Below, in pieces: positions 1-6,910 of a stretch of 41,992 nt of DNA. Each line of letters starts with the position of its first letter. Position 1 is the first letter of the stretch. Below the pieces are notes generated by a model, which worked only from the letters and a program-made list of their open reading frames with translations, made no database searches and was not told the origin of the DNA. The position numbers and the translations under genes are program-made. Origin of the DNA: a virus; IMG/VR virus record IMGVR_UViG_3300033753_000082. One strand, written 5' to 3'.

Positions 1-127
1 CTTCCTGTGTCTCTGCCCACACAACCGCCAGGAGAGACCGCCGCTACGGACTCCAGCCTGGTGAGTACGACGCGATGCTAGCTCGGCAAGGTGGCCGCTG
101 CTACATCTGCGGGGCTACTCCCTCTCG
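1..127. repeat. Terminal overlap copy 1 (identical to 41866-41992); circular-closure signature
   Basis: Read directly: 1-127 (cttcctgtgtctctgcc...tactccctctcg) recurs base for base at 41866-41992; unit length 41,865 bp. Confidence 0.97.
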
Positions 128-374
128 ACCGCTAGTAGTCGACCACGACCACCGTACGGGTGCGGTGCGAGCGCTCCTCTGTCATCACTGCAACGTGACA
201 CTGGGTCACGCGCTGGAGTCGACAGAGATCCTACGACGCGCCGTGCTCTACCTCGAAGGGAACCTACGGGAGGCTCCGGACCGCTTCCTGGGTGACCTGA
301 CGGTCAAGGACCTGCGCCGTAGGCTCCGCAAGGCGAGCGGAGTGCTCTACAAGGCGCGTGGTCCCGCAGGATGA
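3..374 (+). CDS. Recombination endonuclease VII, C-terminal part of a CDS that starts at GTG 41787 and wraps across the junction (150 aa in total)
   Basis: Frame of ORF 75..374 is open back to base 3 and continuous with 41787..41992. Motifs GGRCYICG...VVDHDHRTG...LLCHHCNVTLG match the Endo VII zinc/catalytic pattern. Confidence 0.85.
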   Translation, partial: SCVSAHTTARRDRRYGLQPGEYDAMLARQGGRCYICGATPSRPLVVDHDHRTGAVRALLCHHCNVTLGHALESTEILRRAVLYLEGNLREAPDRFLGDLTVKDLRRRLRKASGVLYKARGPAG

Positions 375-412
375 CGCGGGGAGCGCAATCCTGGAAAGTT
401 AAGCCGCTAGGG

Positions 413-441
413 TTGCGCTCCCTTGCGCTTTGATATAGAGT
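413..441 (+). promoter_or_regulatory. Sigma-70-type early promoter (TTGCGC-17-TAGAGT)
   Basis: -35 at 413-418, 17-bp spacer, -10 at 436-441; NGTTG units at 397/411/439/453; followed by GAGGAGG and ATG 468. Confidence 0.55.
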
Positions 442-467
442 TGACGCATCGAAGTTGAGGAGGGAAG

Positions 468-1004
468 ATGTTCATCGAGACTAGGAACGACCTGGACGAA
501 TACATGGACAAGCTGTCCGAGCGCCTGTACGAGATCGCCGCTCCTGCGATCACCCCGGAGCAGCTTCGTGCTGTCTGGGAGACGCTCCGCTTGGTTGGCG
601 ACGTCACAACTGACCTGTTTAACCGACTACAAAAGGAGCGTGACCGTGCTCTGGCCGCCGAGTCGGCTCGCGAGGTCTGCGCTAGGGCTCTTCAGCGGGC
701 GAGCGCTGAGAGCGAGGAGCTTCGTGAGATCCGTGATCGGCTAAGTGACGAGCTTGCCGACATGCGACGCGAGCGCGACGGTAAGCCGGCTAAGGGCCGG
801 GACTGTGAGCTTGGCGAGAGCCAGCCTACCGACCTCGGTCTGCGTGTGCAGAACTACTACAAGGAGGGGCAGCTTCGGGACATTGCAGCAGAGGCTGAGC
901 GCGCCTTGCAGACCATAGAGATGCTCCGTCACGACGTCGGCCCGAACGGCCTGGTGGATTTGTTGGAGCGTCGAGTTAGGTTCATTAAGGGTATGGCTGA
1001 GTAG
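468..1004 (+). CDS. Hypothetical protein, coiled-coil rich
   Basis: ORF with RBS GAGGAGGG 4 nt upstream; E/R/L-rich heptad-like sequence; no family recognised. Confidence 0.8.
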   Translation: MFIETRNDLDEYMDKLSERLYEIAAPAITPEQLRAVWETLRLVGDVTTDLFNRLQKERDRALAAESAREVCARALQRASAESEELREIRDRLSDELADMRRERDGKPAKGRDCELGESQPTDLGLRVQNYYKEGQLRDIAAEAERALQTIEMLRHDVGPNGLVDLLERRVRFIKGMAE

Positions 1005-1015
1005 TTGGAGTACTG

Positions 1016-1288
1016 ATGACCTGGCGTCCGTCGCTTTACCTAGTGAGTGCCCCGTACCGTGTAATTGGATGGAGGCGTGACCCCGACAGCGGTGACTACG
1101 TAGCCGAGTGCGATATGGAGTTTCGAGCCGCGACTCTGAGCGAGGCCCTGTCGCGGTTTTTCGCCGGGTGGTTTCCGAAGCCGTCTAGTCAGGTGACGGT
1201 CTACGAGTACGGAGAAGACGAGTGGGGCCGCCACTGGTCCCCCATGCTTGAGATCGAGATCGACCACGCAAAGGAGTTTGAGTACTGA
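1016..1288 (+). CDS. Hypothetical protein
   Basis: 90-aa ORF tightly packed after the previous gene; weak RBS (TGGAG). Confidence 0.7.
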   Translation: MTWRPSLYLVSAPYRVIGWRRDPDSGDYVAECDMEFRAATLSEALSRFFAGWFPKPSSQVTVYEYGEDEWGRHWSPMLEIEIDHAKEFEY

Positions 1289-1318
1289 TGAGGTACGACC
1301 GAAACGAGGGGCTGAACA

Positions 1319-1999
1319 ATGACTGACTTGGTGACTGAGGTTCTGGCTCGTGCGCTGCGCAACGCCTGGGAGCGTATCGATGCGCTTCGTGAGGAGTTGG
1401 CTCAGGCTCGCAGGACGGCAGCCGACGCTGAGGAGTCTGCGCAGTATTCGGACGAATCGTACGCTAAATTGTCTCGTGACTACGCGCAGCTTAAGGACGA
1501 TCTAGCTACGGCCAGGCGTAATCTTGCTGAGCTGGAGCGTGACCTGGCCGCTTACCGGTCGGCTCGTGACGAGTTGCGCAGTAAGCTATATGACGCTCAG
1601 GCTGAGAACGATCGACTGTCGGATCGGGTGGATCAACTGGAAGACTACCTGGCCGATGCTCGCGGCGTGAATGAGCGTCTGTCGTCAGAGATTGCTGAGG
1701 CTCGGGACGCGCTGGAGTACTACAAGGGTCTGCGTGACGCGGCGGAGGAGGAGGTTCGTAGGCTCCGAGACGAGCTTGATGATCGCACGTTGCTTACTGA
1801 GGCTTGCCGGGCGTCGCGTATCGAGCGTGGCGTGAGGGCACTTGTTGACTACGCATTCACGCGTGCTACGTCGGCAGCGGCTGACGGTGACGATGACGTT
1901 TACATGGCCTATGACGACATGCAGCTACGTCTAGAGGACGTGCTTAGGCTGGACGACTATACGAACCCTGACTCGGTCATCGCGAAGCTGACGGAGTGA
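1319..1999 (+). CDS. Hypothetical protein, long coiled coil
   Basis: 226-aa ORF, RBS GAGGGG; repeated LAxARxxL/ELRD heptads. Confidence 0.8.
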   Translation: MTDLVTEVLARALRNAWERIDALREELAQARRTAADAEESAQYSDESYAKLSRDYAQLKDDLATARRNLAELERDLAAYRSARDELRSKLYDAQAENDRLSDRVDQLEDYLADARGVNERLSSEIAEARDALEYYKGLRDAAEEEVRRLRDELDDRTLLTEACRASRIERGVRALVDYAFTRATSAAADGDDDVYMAYDDMQLRLEDVLRLDDYTNPDSVIAKLTE

Positions 2000-2092
2000 G
2001 GAGTGCCGGCCGATGACAAGTGTGCGTCGGCGATGCTGACGCTGATGGACTGTTGGGTGAAATAGGGGACCGCAGACGAGGAGGAGTCTGAC

Positions 2093-2452
2093 ATGTCATG
2101 CGCCGAGATTGAGCCTGGTGTGGTTGTGTGCCGGGCCGGCGTCAAGGAGATCCTGCGGCGCATCACCGTCTGCCCGACGTGCAAGCGGCGGCGCCGCGTG
2201 GTGGATGTGACTCCGGAGAACCTGTACGTCGCTCCGTGGATGACATGCCTCGCCTGCGGCGACTCGTGGGATCTGGAGGGACTCCACACGCGCCCATCCG
2301 AGCCTGGCTGGAGGGAGAAGGCCAAGTCGAGGGCGCGTGAGTACTGGAACAACGCGTTCACGTTGACGCCCGAGCAGGAGGCAGAGTGGATGCGCCGGTG
2401 GTTCGGCATCGAGGTTGACCCCGCCGAGCTGCGGAAGGCTAAGGGGCTGTGA
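2093..2452 (+). CDS. Hypothetical zinc-ribbon protein
   Basis: RBS GAGGAGGAG; CPTC...CLAC cysteine pairs. Confidence 0.75.
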   Translation: MSCAEIEPGVVVCRAGVKEILRRITVCPTCKRRRRVVDVTPENLYVAPWMTCLACGDSWDLEGLHTRPSEPGWREKAKSRAREYWNNAFTLTPEQEAEWMRRWFGIEVDPAELRKAKGL

Positions 2453-2456
2453 CTCG

Positions 2457-2657
2457 ATGAGTGGTGAGGTGGACAGCGTTGAGGCTGTCGAACTAACCGA
2501 GGAGCAGGGCAAGGCCCTCTTCGATAAGCGATGCCGGAAGCTTCTAGGTGTCGGCGCGGAGGAGTTCCTGCGGGAGTACGACGCGGGAACCGCGAAGGAC
2601 CACTGGGACCTCGACAAGGTAATCGAGCTGGGGATGCTTATCCCCTTCTACCGGTAG
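2457..2657 (+). CDS. Hypothetical protein
   Basis: Internal ATG of ORF 2415..2657, chosen because it lies just after the upstream stop (2450-2452); RBS AAGGGG. Confidence 0.65.
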   Translation: MSGEVDSVEAVELTEEQGKALFDKRCRKLLGVGAEEFLREYDAGTAKDHWDLDKVIELGMLIPFYR

Positions 2658-2666
2658 GGAGAACTG

Positions 2667-2813
2667 ATGACTGACAGCGGATACCGCCACTACTACAGCG
2701 ACTCCGACTTCCGGTGCAGCTTCTGTGGAGGCCATTACTCCGACTATTGCTGCGACGCCGCCGAGGTTCCGGACTGGCTGGATGAGGAGACGAGTGATGA
2801 CGGTGACAGCTAA
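2667..2813 (+). CDS. Hypothetical Cys-rich micro-protein (48 aa), not in the ORF track
   Basis: ATG 2667 preceded by GGGAGA; translated by hand to MTDSGYRHYYSDSDFRCSFCGGHYSDYCCDAAEVPDWLDEETSDDGDS*. Confidence 0.5.
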   Translation: MTDSGYRHYYSDSDFRCSFCGGHYSDYCCDAAEVPDWLDEETSDDGDS

Positions 2814-2946
2814 GCGCCTTCCTCGCCGAGTCTGCCCGGAGTGCGGTTGCGCCGTGTTCGAGTACTACCGCCGCTCGTGGACGAACGACGGGGACGTGGA
2901 GCCGGCCGCGAGTTGCACGAGCCCTGACTGTGATTTTTGGTACTGA
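2797..2946 (+). CDS. Hypothetical zinc-ribbon micro-protein (49 aa)
   Basis: Internal ATG of ORF 2725..2946 with GAGGAG 7 nt upstream; CPEC...CTSPDC. Confidence 0.55.
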   Translation: MTVTAKRLPRRVCPECGCAVFEYYRRSWTNDGDVEPAASCTSPDCDFWY

Positions 2947-2956
2947 GGAGGATGCT

Positions 2957-3175
2957 ATGGGTGACGAGACCAAGGGTGGCACAAACTTTGTGGCGTTCCT
3001 GCTGGAGAAGATTGGTGTGGACCCTCGCCATGTTCCGGTGGGTGGCGTGACGTTTACGCCGCTGGTTTTCACTACTGAGGACTATATCTGCGTCGAGTGG
3101 AAGGGTGAGTATTGGATTCCTATCCGCGAGTTTAACGACATCGTACGTGAGTACGGGCTTAGCGAGCGCAAGTGA
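2957..3175 (+). CDS. Hypothetical protein
   Basis: Internal ATG of ORF 2930..3175 with GAGGAGGA RBS. Confidence 0.7.
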   Translation: MGDETKGGTNFVAFLLEKIGVDPRHVPVGGVTFTPLVFTTEDYICVEWKGEYWIPIREFNDIVREYGLSERK

Positions 3176-3216
3176 CCGGTAACGACGTCGCGAGGAGGAT
3201 CTTCTAGCTAAGGAAA

Positions 3217-3242
3217 GGGGAGGGGCGACGCTGCCCCTCCCC
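3217..3242. terminator. Bidirectional intrinsic terminator between convergent genes
   Basis: 10-bp perfect stem GGGGAGGGGC/GCCCCTCCCC, 6-nt loop; T-rich tail on the minus-strand reading (TTTCCTT). Confidence 0.75.
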
Positions 3243-3259
3243 TTCGCCCTTCGCAGGGG

Positions 3260-3814
3260 TCACTGCCTATACAGGGCTGGGTCGTGCGAGAATGAGGGCG
3301 ATGCTTCGACCGTGATCTCTTTGGTGCCCTTGGGGAGCCAGTAGGACCATGCCATGGTCACAGTCTTGCCCGGTCGAAGTTGGTTTAGTGTAGTTCCGCA
3401 GTCCACCCCCTCTCCAAAGCACTCCGCGTCTAGCTCGGTGTCGTCCGCTAGGACGGTCATCGTGGCTAGCGACGGATCCATCGTCTTGTCCCCGTTGTTA
3501 CGTATGGTCATGGTGATCTTTACCGGATCCGCGTCGTCGGGGACGTCCATGTAAGAGGCGTACTCTTCCCAGGTCTCCCCCTTGTGGGGGCGGTCTAGGA
3601 CTTCGGGTCCGCTGACGGTGATCTCAACTCCGTCGTCGTAGACGTACGGCTGGCCAAACTTGATGTCTTCCTTGGTGTCCGACGCTTTGGCATCCACAGA
3701 GCCTGACTGTGTCGGCGTGGGCCTCGGTGTCTCCTGACCGGGCTCTCCGGACACGCTGTCGCACGCGGCGAGAGGCAGGAGCAGTACAGCGGCGGCCGCT
3801 AGGGCCTTGCGCAT
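3260..3814 (-). CDS. Secreted lipoprotein, Ig-like (DUF4352-like) domain; candidate lysogeny-expressed moron
   Basis: Start at internal ATG (CAT 3812-3814) with AGGGGGG RBS; signal peptide MRKALAAAAVLLLPLAAC has a lipobox; beta-rich C-terminal domain. Confidence 0.8.
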   Translation of the reverse strand: MRKALAAAAVLLLPLAACDSVSGEPGQETPRPTPTQSGSVDAKASDTKEDIKFGQPYVYDDGVEITVSGPEVLDRPHKGETWEEYASYMDVPDDADPVKITMTIRNNGDKTMDPSLATMTVLADDTELDAECFGEGVDCGTTLNQLRPGKTVTMAWSYWLPKGTKEITVEASPSFSHDPALYRQ

Positions 3815-3994
3815 GTTCCCCCCTATTGGTAGGTAGCTTGGTGCGAGCGGAGCGGCCAGGAACCGTGGATGGGGCCCGTGTCGACCGGCCGCCCCGCTCG
3901 TAGCATTACTGTATGGCCTATGTCTTCCTATGTCTAGGCATGTATCAGTACGTACAGTAACATCGTTGGCCCCACGCGTCTTAGGCTCGTCCCC

Positions 3995-4237
3995 ATGGGG
4001 CCCAACGAGATCAAGCACAACGCGCCTACGCCGCCATACGTGCAGCTAGCGGCGATCCTGCGTAGTCGGGTCGAGCGTGGGGACTGGCGTCCTGGTGAGC
4101 CGATCGCGAGCGAGCTACGTCTGACCGAGGAGTACGGCGTCTCTCGTGGGACGGTGCGCCGCGCCATCGCTGTCTTGGTGGACGAGGGAGTCTTGTTCGT
4201 TGTTCCGCATCGTGGGACGTACGTAGCGGAGCGTTAG
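3995..4237 (+). CDS. GntR-family winged-helix DNA-binding protein, HTH domain only (80 aa)
   Basis: PYVQLAAILRSRVERGDWRPGEPIASELRLTEEYGVSRGTVRRAIAVLVDEGVL matches the GntR N-terminal domain pattern; no effector domain. Confidence 0.8.
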   Translation: MGPNEIKHNAPTPPYVQLAAILRSRVERGDWRPGEPIASELRLTEEYGVSRGTVRRAIAVLVDEGVLFVVPHRGTYVAER

Positions 4238-4243
4238 TCGCTC

Positions 4244-4280
4244 GAAGCTTCGGGGCCCTCGGGGAAGCTCGGGGGCCCTC
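4244..4280 (+). repeat. Tandem 17-nt repeat GAAGCT(TC/CG)GGGGCCCTC x2 (period 20), possible weak terminator
   Basis: 4244-4260 and 4264-4280 match at 15/17; the GGGCCC cores are self-complementary. Confidence 0.5.
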
Positions 4281-4297
4281 TCTTATGCCCTCTCAAA

Positions 4298-4344
4298 AGT
4301 TGCACCTGTAGAGTTGCACGAATGAAGTTGAGGTGCTACAGTTG
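4298..4344 (+). promoter_or_regulatory. Early promoter within four perfect AGTTG units at 14-bp phase (best fit TTGCAC 4314-4319, 17-bp spacer, TACAGT 4337-4342)
   Basis: AGTTG at 4298, 4312, 4326, 4340; downstream GAGGAGGAAGG and ATG 4382. Confidence 0.6.
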
Positions 4345-4381
4345 AGGCATGCCGCGAGGGACGCGGCAGTGAGGAGGAAGG

Positions 4382-4693
4382 ATGAGGATTCCGAGGATCA
4401 CCGAGATCCCTGTCGACCCTGGAGACGCTCCTGTGTCGGAGGGGAACGGTGTCCTGACCGTCAGCATCTCCCGAGACGGGGCGGGCTGGAACATAACTGC
4501 GGTGAACGCGGCTCGGAAGGTCAACGGGAGACCTAGCACTTACGAAGCCAGGATCGCGGCTTGCACGTGTAACCGCGAGGCGTGCCCCTGCGATCGGGGG
4601 CCTAACTCTGGAGAGTGCCGCAACAAGTGCCACCGCTGGCACGCGGAGAAGGTTTTGAAGCTGGCTAACCGTATTGCCAGGTCGTATAGATGA
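4382..4693 (+). CDS. Hypothetical Cys-rich protein
   Basis: Strong RBS GAGGAGGAAGG; CTCNREACPCD...ECRNKCHRWH. Confidence 0.8.
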   Translation: MRIPRITEIPVDPGDAPVSEGNGVLTVSISRDGAGWNITAVNAARKVNGRPSTYEARIAACTCNREACPCDRGPNSGECRNKCHRWHAEKVLKLANRIARSYR

Positions 4694-4702
4694 GGAGGAA
4701 TA

Positions 4703-4939
4703 GTGTCTGAGAATCCCGTGACTGAGGTTGCCCTGACAGAGCAAGAGCGCGAGGCTGAGGCGGCGCGATTCATCCTGGACGCGATTTCGGAGCTTCCGTA
4801 TCTGCAGAAGCTGTCTGTGCTCGCGCAGGCTCGCTCGCTTCTGGAGTCCGAGAGAGTCAAGGACGTGATGCGGGTCGTCCGTGGCGATGGTGACAGGTTC
4901 GCGGACGCTCTGAACGAACACATTAACCGACGGTACTGA
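4703..4939 (+). CDS. Hypothetical protein
   Basis: GTG start with GAGGAGGA RBS. Confidence 0.75.
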   Translation: MSENPVTEVALTEQEREAEAARFILDAISELPYLQKLSVLAQARSLLESERVKDVMRVVRGDGDRFADALNEHINRRY

Positions 4940-4968
4940 TACACCAACGTTTGAGGAGGCTATCTAAC

Positions 4969-5190
4969 ATGATCACTAAGACTACTTCTGTGCGCCGCTC
5001 GCCCCGCTCGTCCACGGAGAAGTTGACCCCGTACGGCTTGGCTAAGGCTCGTGTGCGTGACTACATGCGGGACAACTTGCTGGCTAACGGTGTGATTACT
5101 CGCTCTGAGTACGAGGCGGCGTTGGGGGCTTTGAACCTGGCCGCTACGCACATGCGGAACATGGACAAGGCTCGGGAGGCCGCGTCCTAG
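4969..5190 (+). CDS. Hypothetical protein
   Basis: Internal ATG of ORF 4951..5190 preceded by GAGGAGG. Confidence 0.7.
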   Translation: MITKTTSVRRSPRSSTEKLTPYGLAKARVRDYMRDNLLANGVITRSEYEAALGALNLAATHMRNMDKAREAAS

Positions 5191-5210
5191 ATATGGAGGC
5201 GGACGACTGA

Positions 5211-5243
5211 GAGGAGAGGGGAGTCGGGAGGCCCCCTCTCCTC
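5211..5243 (+). terminator. Intrinsic terminator
   Basis: Stem GAGGAGAGGGG/CCCCTCTCCTC (11 bp), 11-nt loop, then TTCCTGCC. Confidence 0.65.
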
Positions 5244-5258
5244 TTCCTGCCTGCGGAG

Positions 5259-5287
5259 TTGACACACGCAAGTTGATATGCCATAGT
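5259..5287 (+). promoter_or_regulatory. Early promoter TTGACA-17-CATAGT; predicted leaderless start at ATG 5294
   Basis: -35 at 5259-5264, -10 at 5282-5287; AGTTG/AGTTG/AGTTA at 5257/5271/5285; ATG lies 7 nt after the -10 with no RBS. Confidence 0.7.
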
Positions 5288-5293
5288 TAAGTC

Positions 5294-5692
5294 ATGACGA
5301 TGAGCTACCGAGTTAAGGGCACCACAGAGGACGTCACCCGCTGCGAACTGTGCGGCAAGGAAGACCTTCGGAAGACCGTGGTCTTGGCGGTGCTGGACGC
5401 GGACGGAAACGAGGAGCAGGTTGCCTACTACGGGACCGACTGCGCCGCGAAGGTGACTGGCCGCCGGGCCGCTCGCATCGCCATGGAGGCCGCTGAGGCG
5501 GATTCGTCTCGGGCGCGTCAGGTTGCTTGGGCTCGTGAGGTTCTGGAGGTCTACGGGCCGATCGAGCACGCAAGCGCTTGGGAGAAGGCGCGGGTCTTCA
5601 TCAGCCGTAACCCTGAGCTGTTCGGAAGGGTCAATGGGTCCGAGGAGGTTGACCGGCTCCTGCGGGAGGCGCGGGCGGTCCTTGCGGCGTGA
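5294..5692 (+). CDS. Hypothetical protein (CELCG zinc knuckle near the N-terminus)
   Basis: 132-aa ORF bracketed by paralogous terminator-promoter cassettes; no SD, consistent with a leaderless mRNA. Confidence 0.75.
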   Translation: MTMSYRVKGTTEDVTRCELCGKEDLRKTVVLAVLDADGNEEQVAYYGTDCAAKVTGRRAARIAMEAAEADSSRARQVAWAREVLEVYGPIEHASAWEKARVFISRNPELFGRVNGSEEVDRLLREARAVLAA

Positions 5693-5699
5693 CGGAGTC

Positions 5700-5723
5700 A
5701 GGGGGAGTCGGGAGGCTCCCCCT
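5700..5723 (+). terminator. Intrinsic terminator
   Basis: Stem AGGGGGAG/CTCCCCCT, loop TCGGGAGG, T-rich tail TCCTCTTTG; paralogous to 5211-5243. Confidence 0.65.
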
Positions 5724-5745
5724 TCCTCTTTGCCCTCCTGCAGAG

Positions 5746-5774
5746 TTGACGCGCTGGAGTTGGGGCACTAGAGT
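5746..5774 (+). promoter_or_regulatory. Early promoter TTGACG-17-TAGAGT
   Basis: AGTTG at 5744/5758/5772; followed by GAGGAGGAAG and ATG 5802. Confidence 0.7.
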
Positions 5775-5801
5775 TGAGGTACAACGGATGAGGAGGAAGA
5801 C

Positions 5802-5990
5802 ATGGAGATCCGCGAGGGTGACGTTCTGATTGACCGGACTTGGTACCGCCGCTACCGCGTTCAGCGGCTCGCTAGGCGGTACGGGCAGGACGGCGCGTAC
5901 CTGATTCCTGAGACGATCACGGCCGGGGATGGCTACGGATCTAAGTGGTATCCGATGTCGTCCGTTCTGATGTTCGAAAAGGTCAGCTAG
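5802..5990 (+). CDS. Hypothetical protein
   Basis: 62-aa ORF with strong RBS. Confidence 0.7.
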   Translation: MEIREGDVLIDRTWYRRYRVQRLARRYGQDGAYLIPETITAGDGYGSKWYPMSSVLMFEKVS

Positions 5991-6003
5991 AGGAGGGGCA
6001 TCA

Positions 6004-6111
6004 GTGCCTGAGGAGGGTGGACCGGTGTTTGTGGGCCTGCTGATTCTGCTTGTTGTGTTTCTGATGGGCGTCCTGCTGGGCGTCGTGGTTGGCATCTGGG
6101 TTGCGTCGTGA
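6004..6111 (+). CDS. Single-pass membrane micro-protein (35 aa), not in the ORF track
   Basis: GTG 6004 lies 8 nt after GAGGAGG; hand translation VPEEGGPVFVGLLILLVVFLMGVLLGVVVGIWVAS*. Confidence 0.5.
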   Translation: MPEEGGPVFVGLLILLVVFLMGVLLGVVVGIWVAS

Positions 6112-6127
6112 GGGGAAGTGAGGAGCG

Positions 6128-6484
6128 ATGGCTAAGGACGTGAGGTACCTGACGATCCGGGTCGAGCTAGAGCGCACCGGTGGCGAGCCGGCGGACCCGT
6201 TCGACGTGGCGAACGAGCTTATGCACAGGGTGAAAGCTGTCGATCAGGTCGTGGTGACGGCGCTGGACGACTACGGCTACCCGGAGCGGACGTCCGTCTA
6301 CACAGTCAAGGGCGCGGTCCTGCACAGCTTCTATGAGGAGTACGACCGAGAGGAGCCCGACGGCGTACGGGTCACTCCCGAGGGCGAGCGCATTTACACG
6401 TGGAGCGTGGACGAGCGGGGAGTGCCGTACTTCACGATCGAGACTGACGGGACGGTCGTTCAGTACGGGGAGGGGACCAAATGA
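6128..6484 (+). CDS. Hypothetical protein
   Basis: RBS GTGAGGAG; ATGA overlap with the next gene. Confidence 0.8.
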   Translation: MAKDVRYLTIRVELERTGGEPADPFDVANELMHRVKAVDQVVVTALDDYGYPERTSVYTVKGAVLHSFYEEYDREEPDGVRVTPEGERIYTWSVDERGVPYFTIETDGTVVQYGEGTK

Positions 6485-6849
6485 GCGATGAGATGGGACG
6501 CGCCTTTGCGGAGGCTGAGGACGAGCTTCGCTCGCGGTTTGAGGGCATGAGGATAGTCCTTCGCAAGGCGGACGGGACCGAGGTTGACGTTACGGAGGCC
6601 GTGATCGTCGCTTACGACGTCGCGGTGAACAGTATGGACCTGGGATCGGGCTTCCTGGAGACCTGGGAGGTTCACGAGCTTCGGATCCTCGGTGACGAGA
6701 TGGGCGCAGAGCCGTTCCGATACCCCCGAGACCGCTGCGATCGGTGCGGGCACGAACGACAGGACCACTATGGCGACAAGTGCATGCGCATGCTCGCGGA
6801 CTGCCGCTGCGAGGGTTGGCAGTTTGCGGAGGGGGGAGAGATTCCGTAA
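6481..6849 (+). CDS. Hypothetical Cys/His-rich protein
   Basis: ATGA-coupled start; RCDRCGHERQDHYGDKCMRMLADCRCEGW. Confidence 0.8.
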   Translation: MSDEMGRAFAEAEDELRSRFEGMRIVLRKADGTEVDVTEAVIVAYDVAVNSMDLGSGFLETWEVHELRILGDEMGAEPFRYPRDRCDRCGHERQDHYGDKCMRMLADCRCEGWQFAEGGEIP

Positions 6850-6881
6850 CAGACTCGTTATCAAAAGTTGGGCTCCTGGAC

Positions 6882-6910
6882 TTGCGCTACCAACGTTGGT
6901 GCCCTATAGT
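6882..6910 (+). promoter_or_regulatory. Early promoter TTGCGC-17-TATAGT
   Basis: AGTTG/ACTTG/CGTTG/AGTTA at 6866/6880/6894/6908; ATAGTTAAG shared with two other promoters. Confidence 0.65.

Noticed and set aside
4283-4921. Long minus-strand ORFs antisense to well-supported + strand genes (for example 4283-4921, 5631-6095, 15905-16678, 22298-23023, 25310-26074, 27771-28436, 39658-40215)
   Set aside because: These are typical shadow ORFs of GC-rich DNA. Their translations are Arg/Pro/Ser-rich, they have no RBS, and they overlap genes with clear motifs (capsid, tape measure, glycosyltransferase, primase-helicase).
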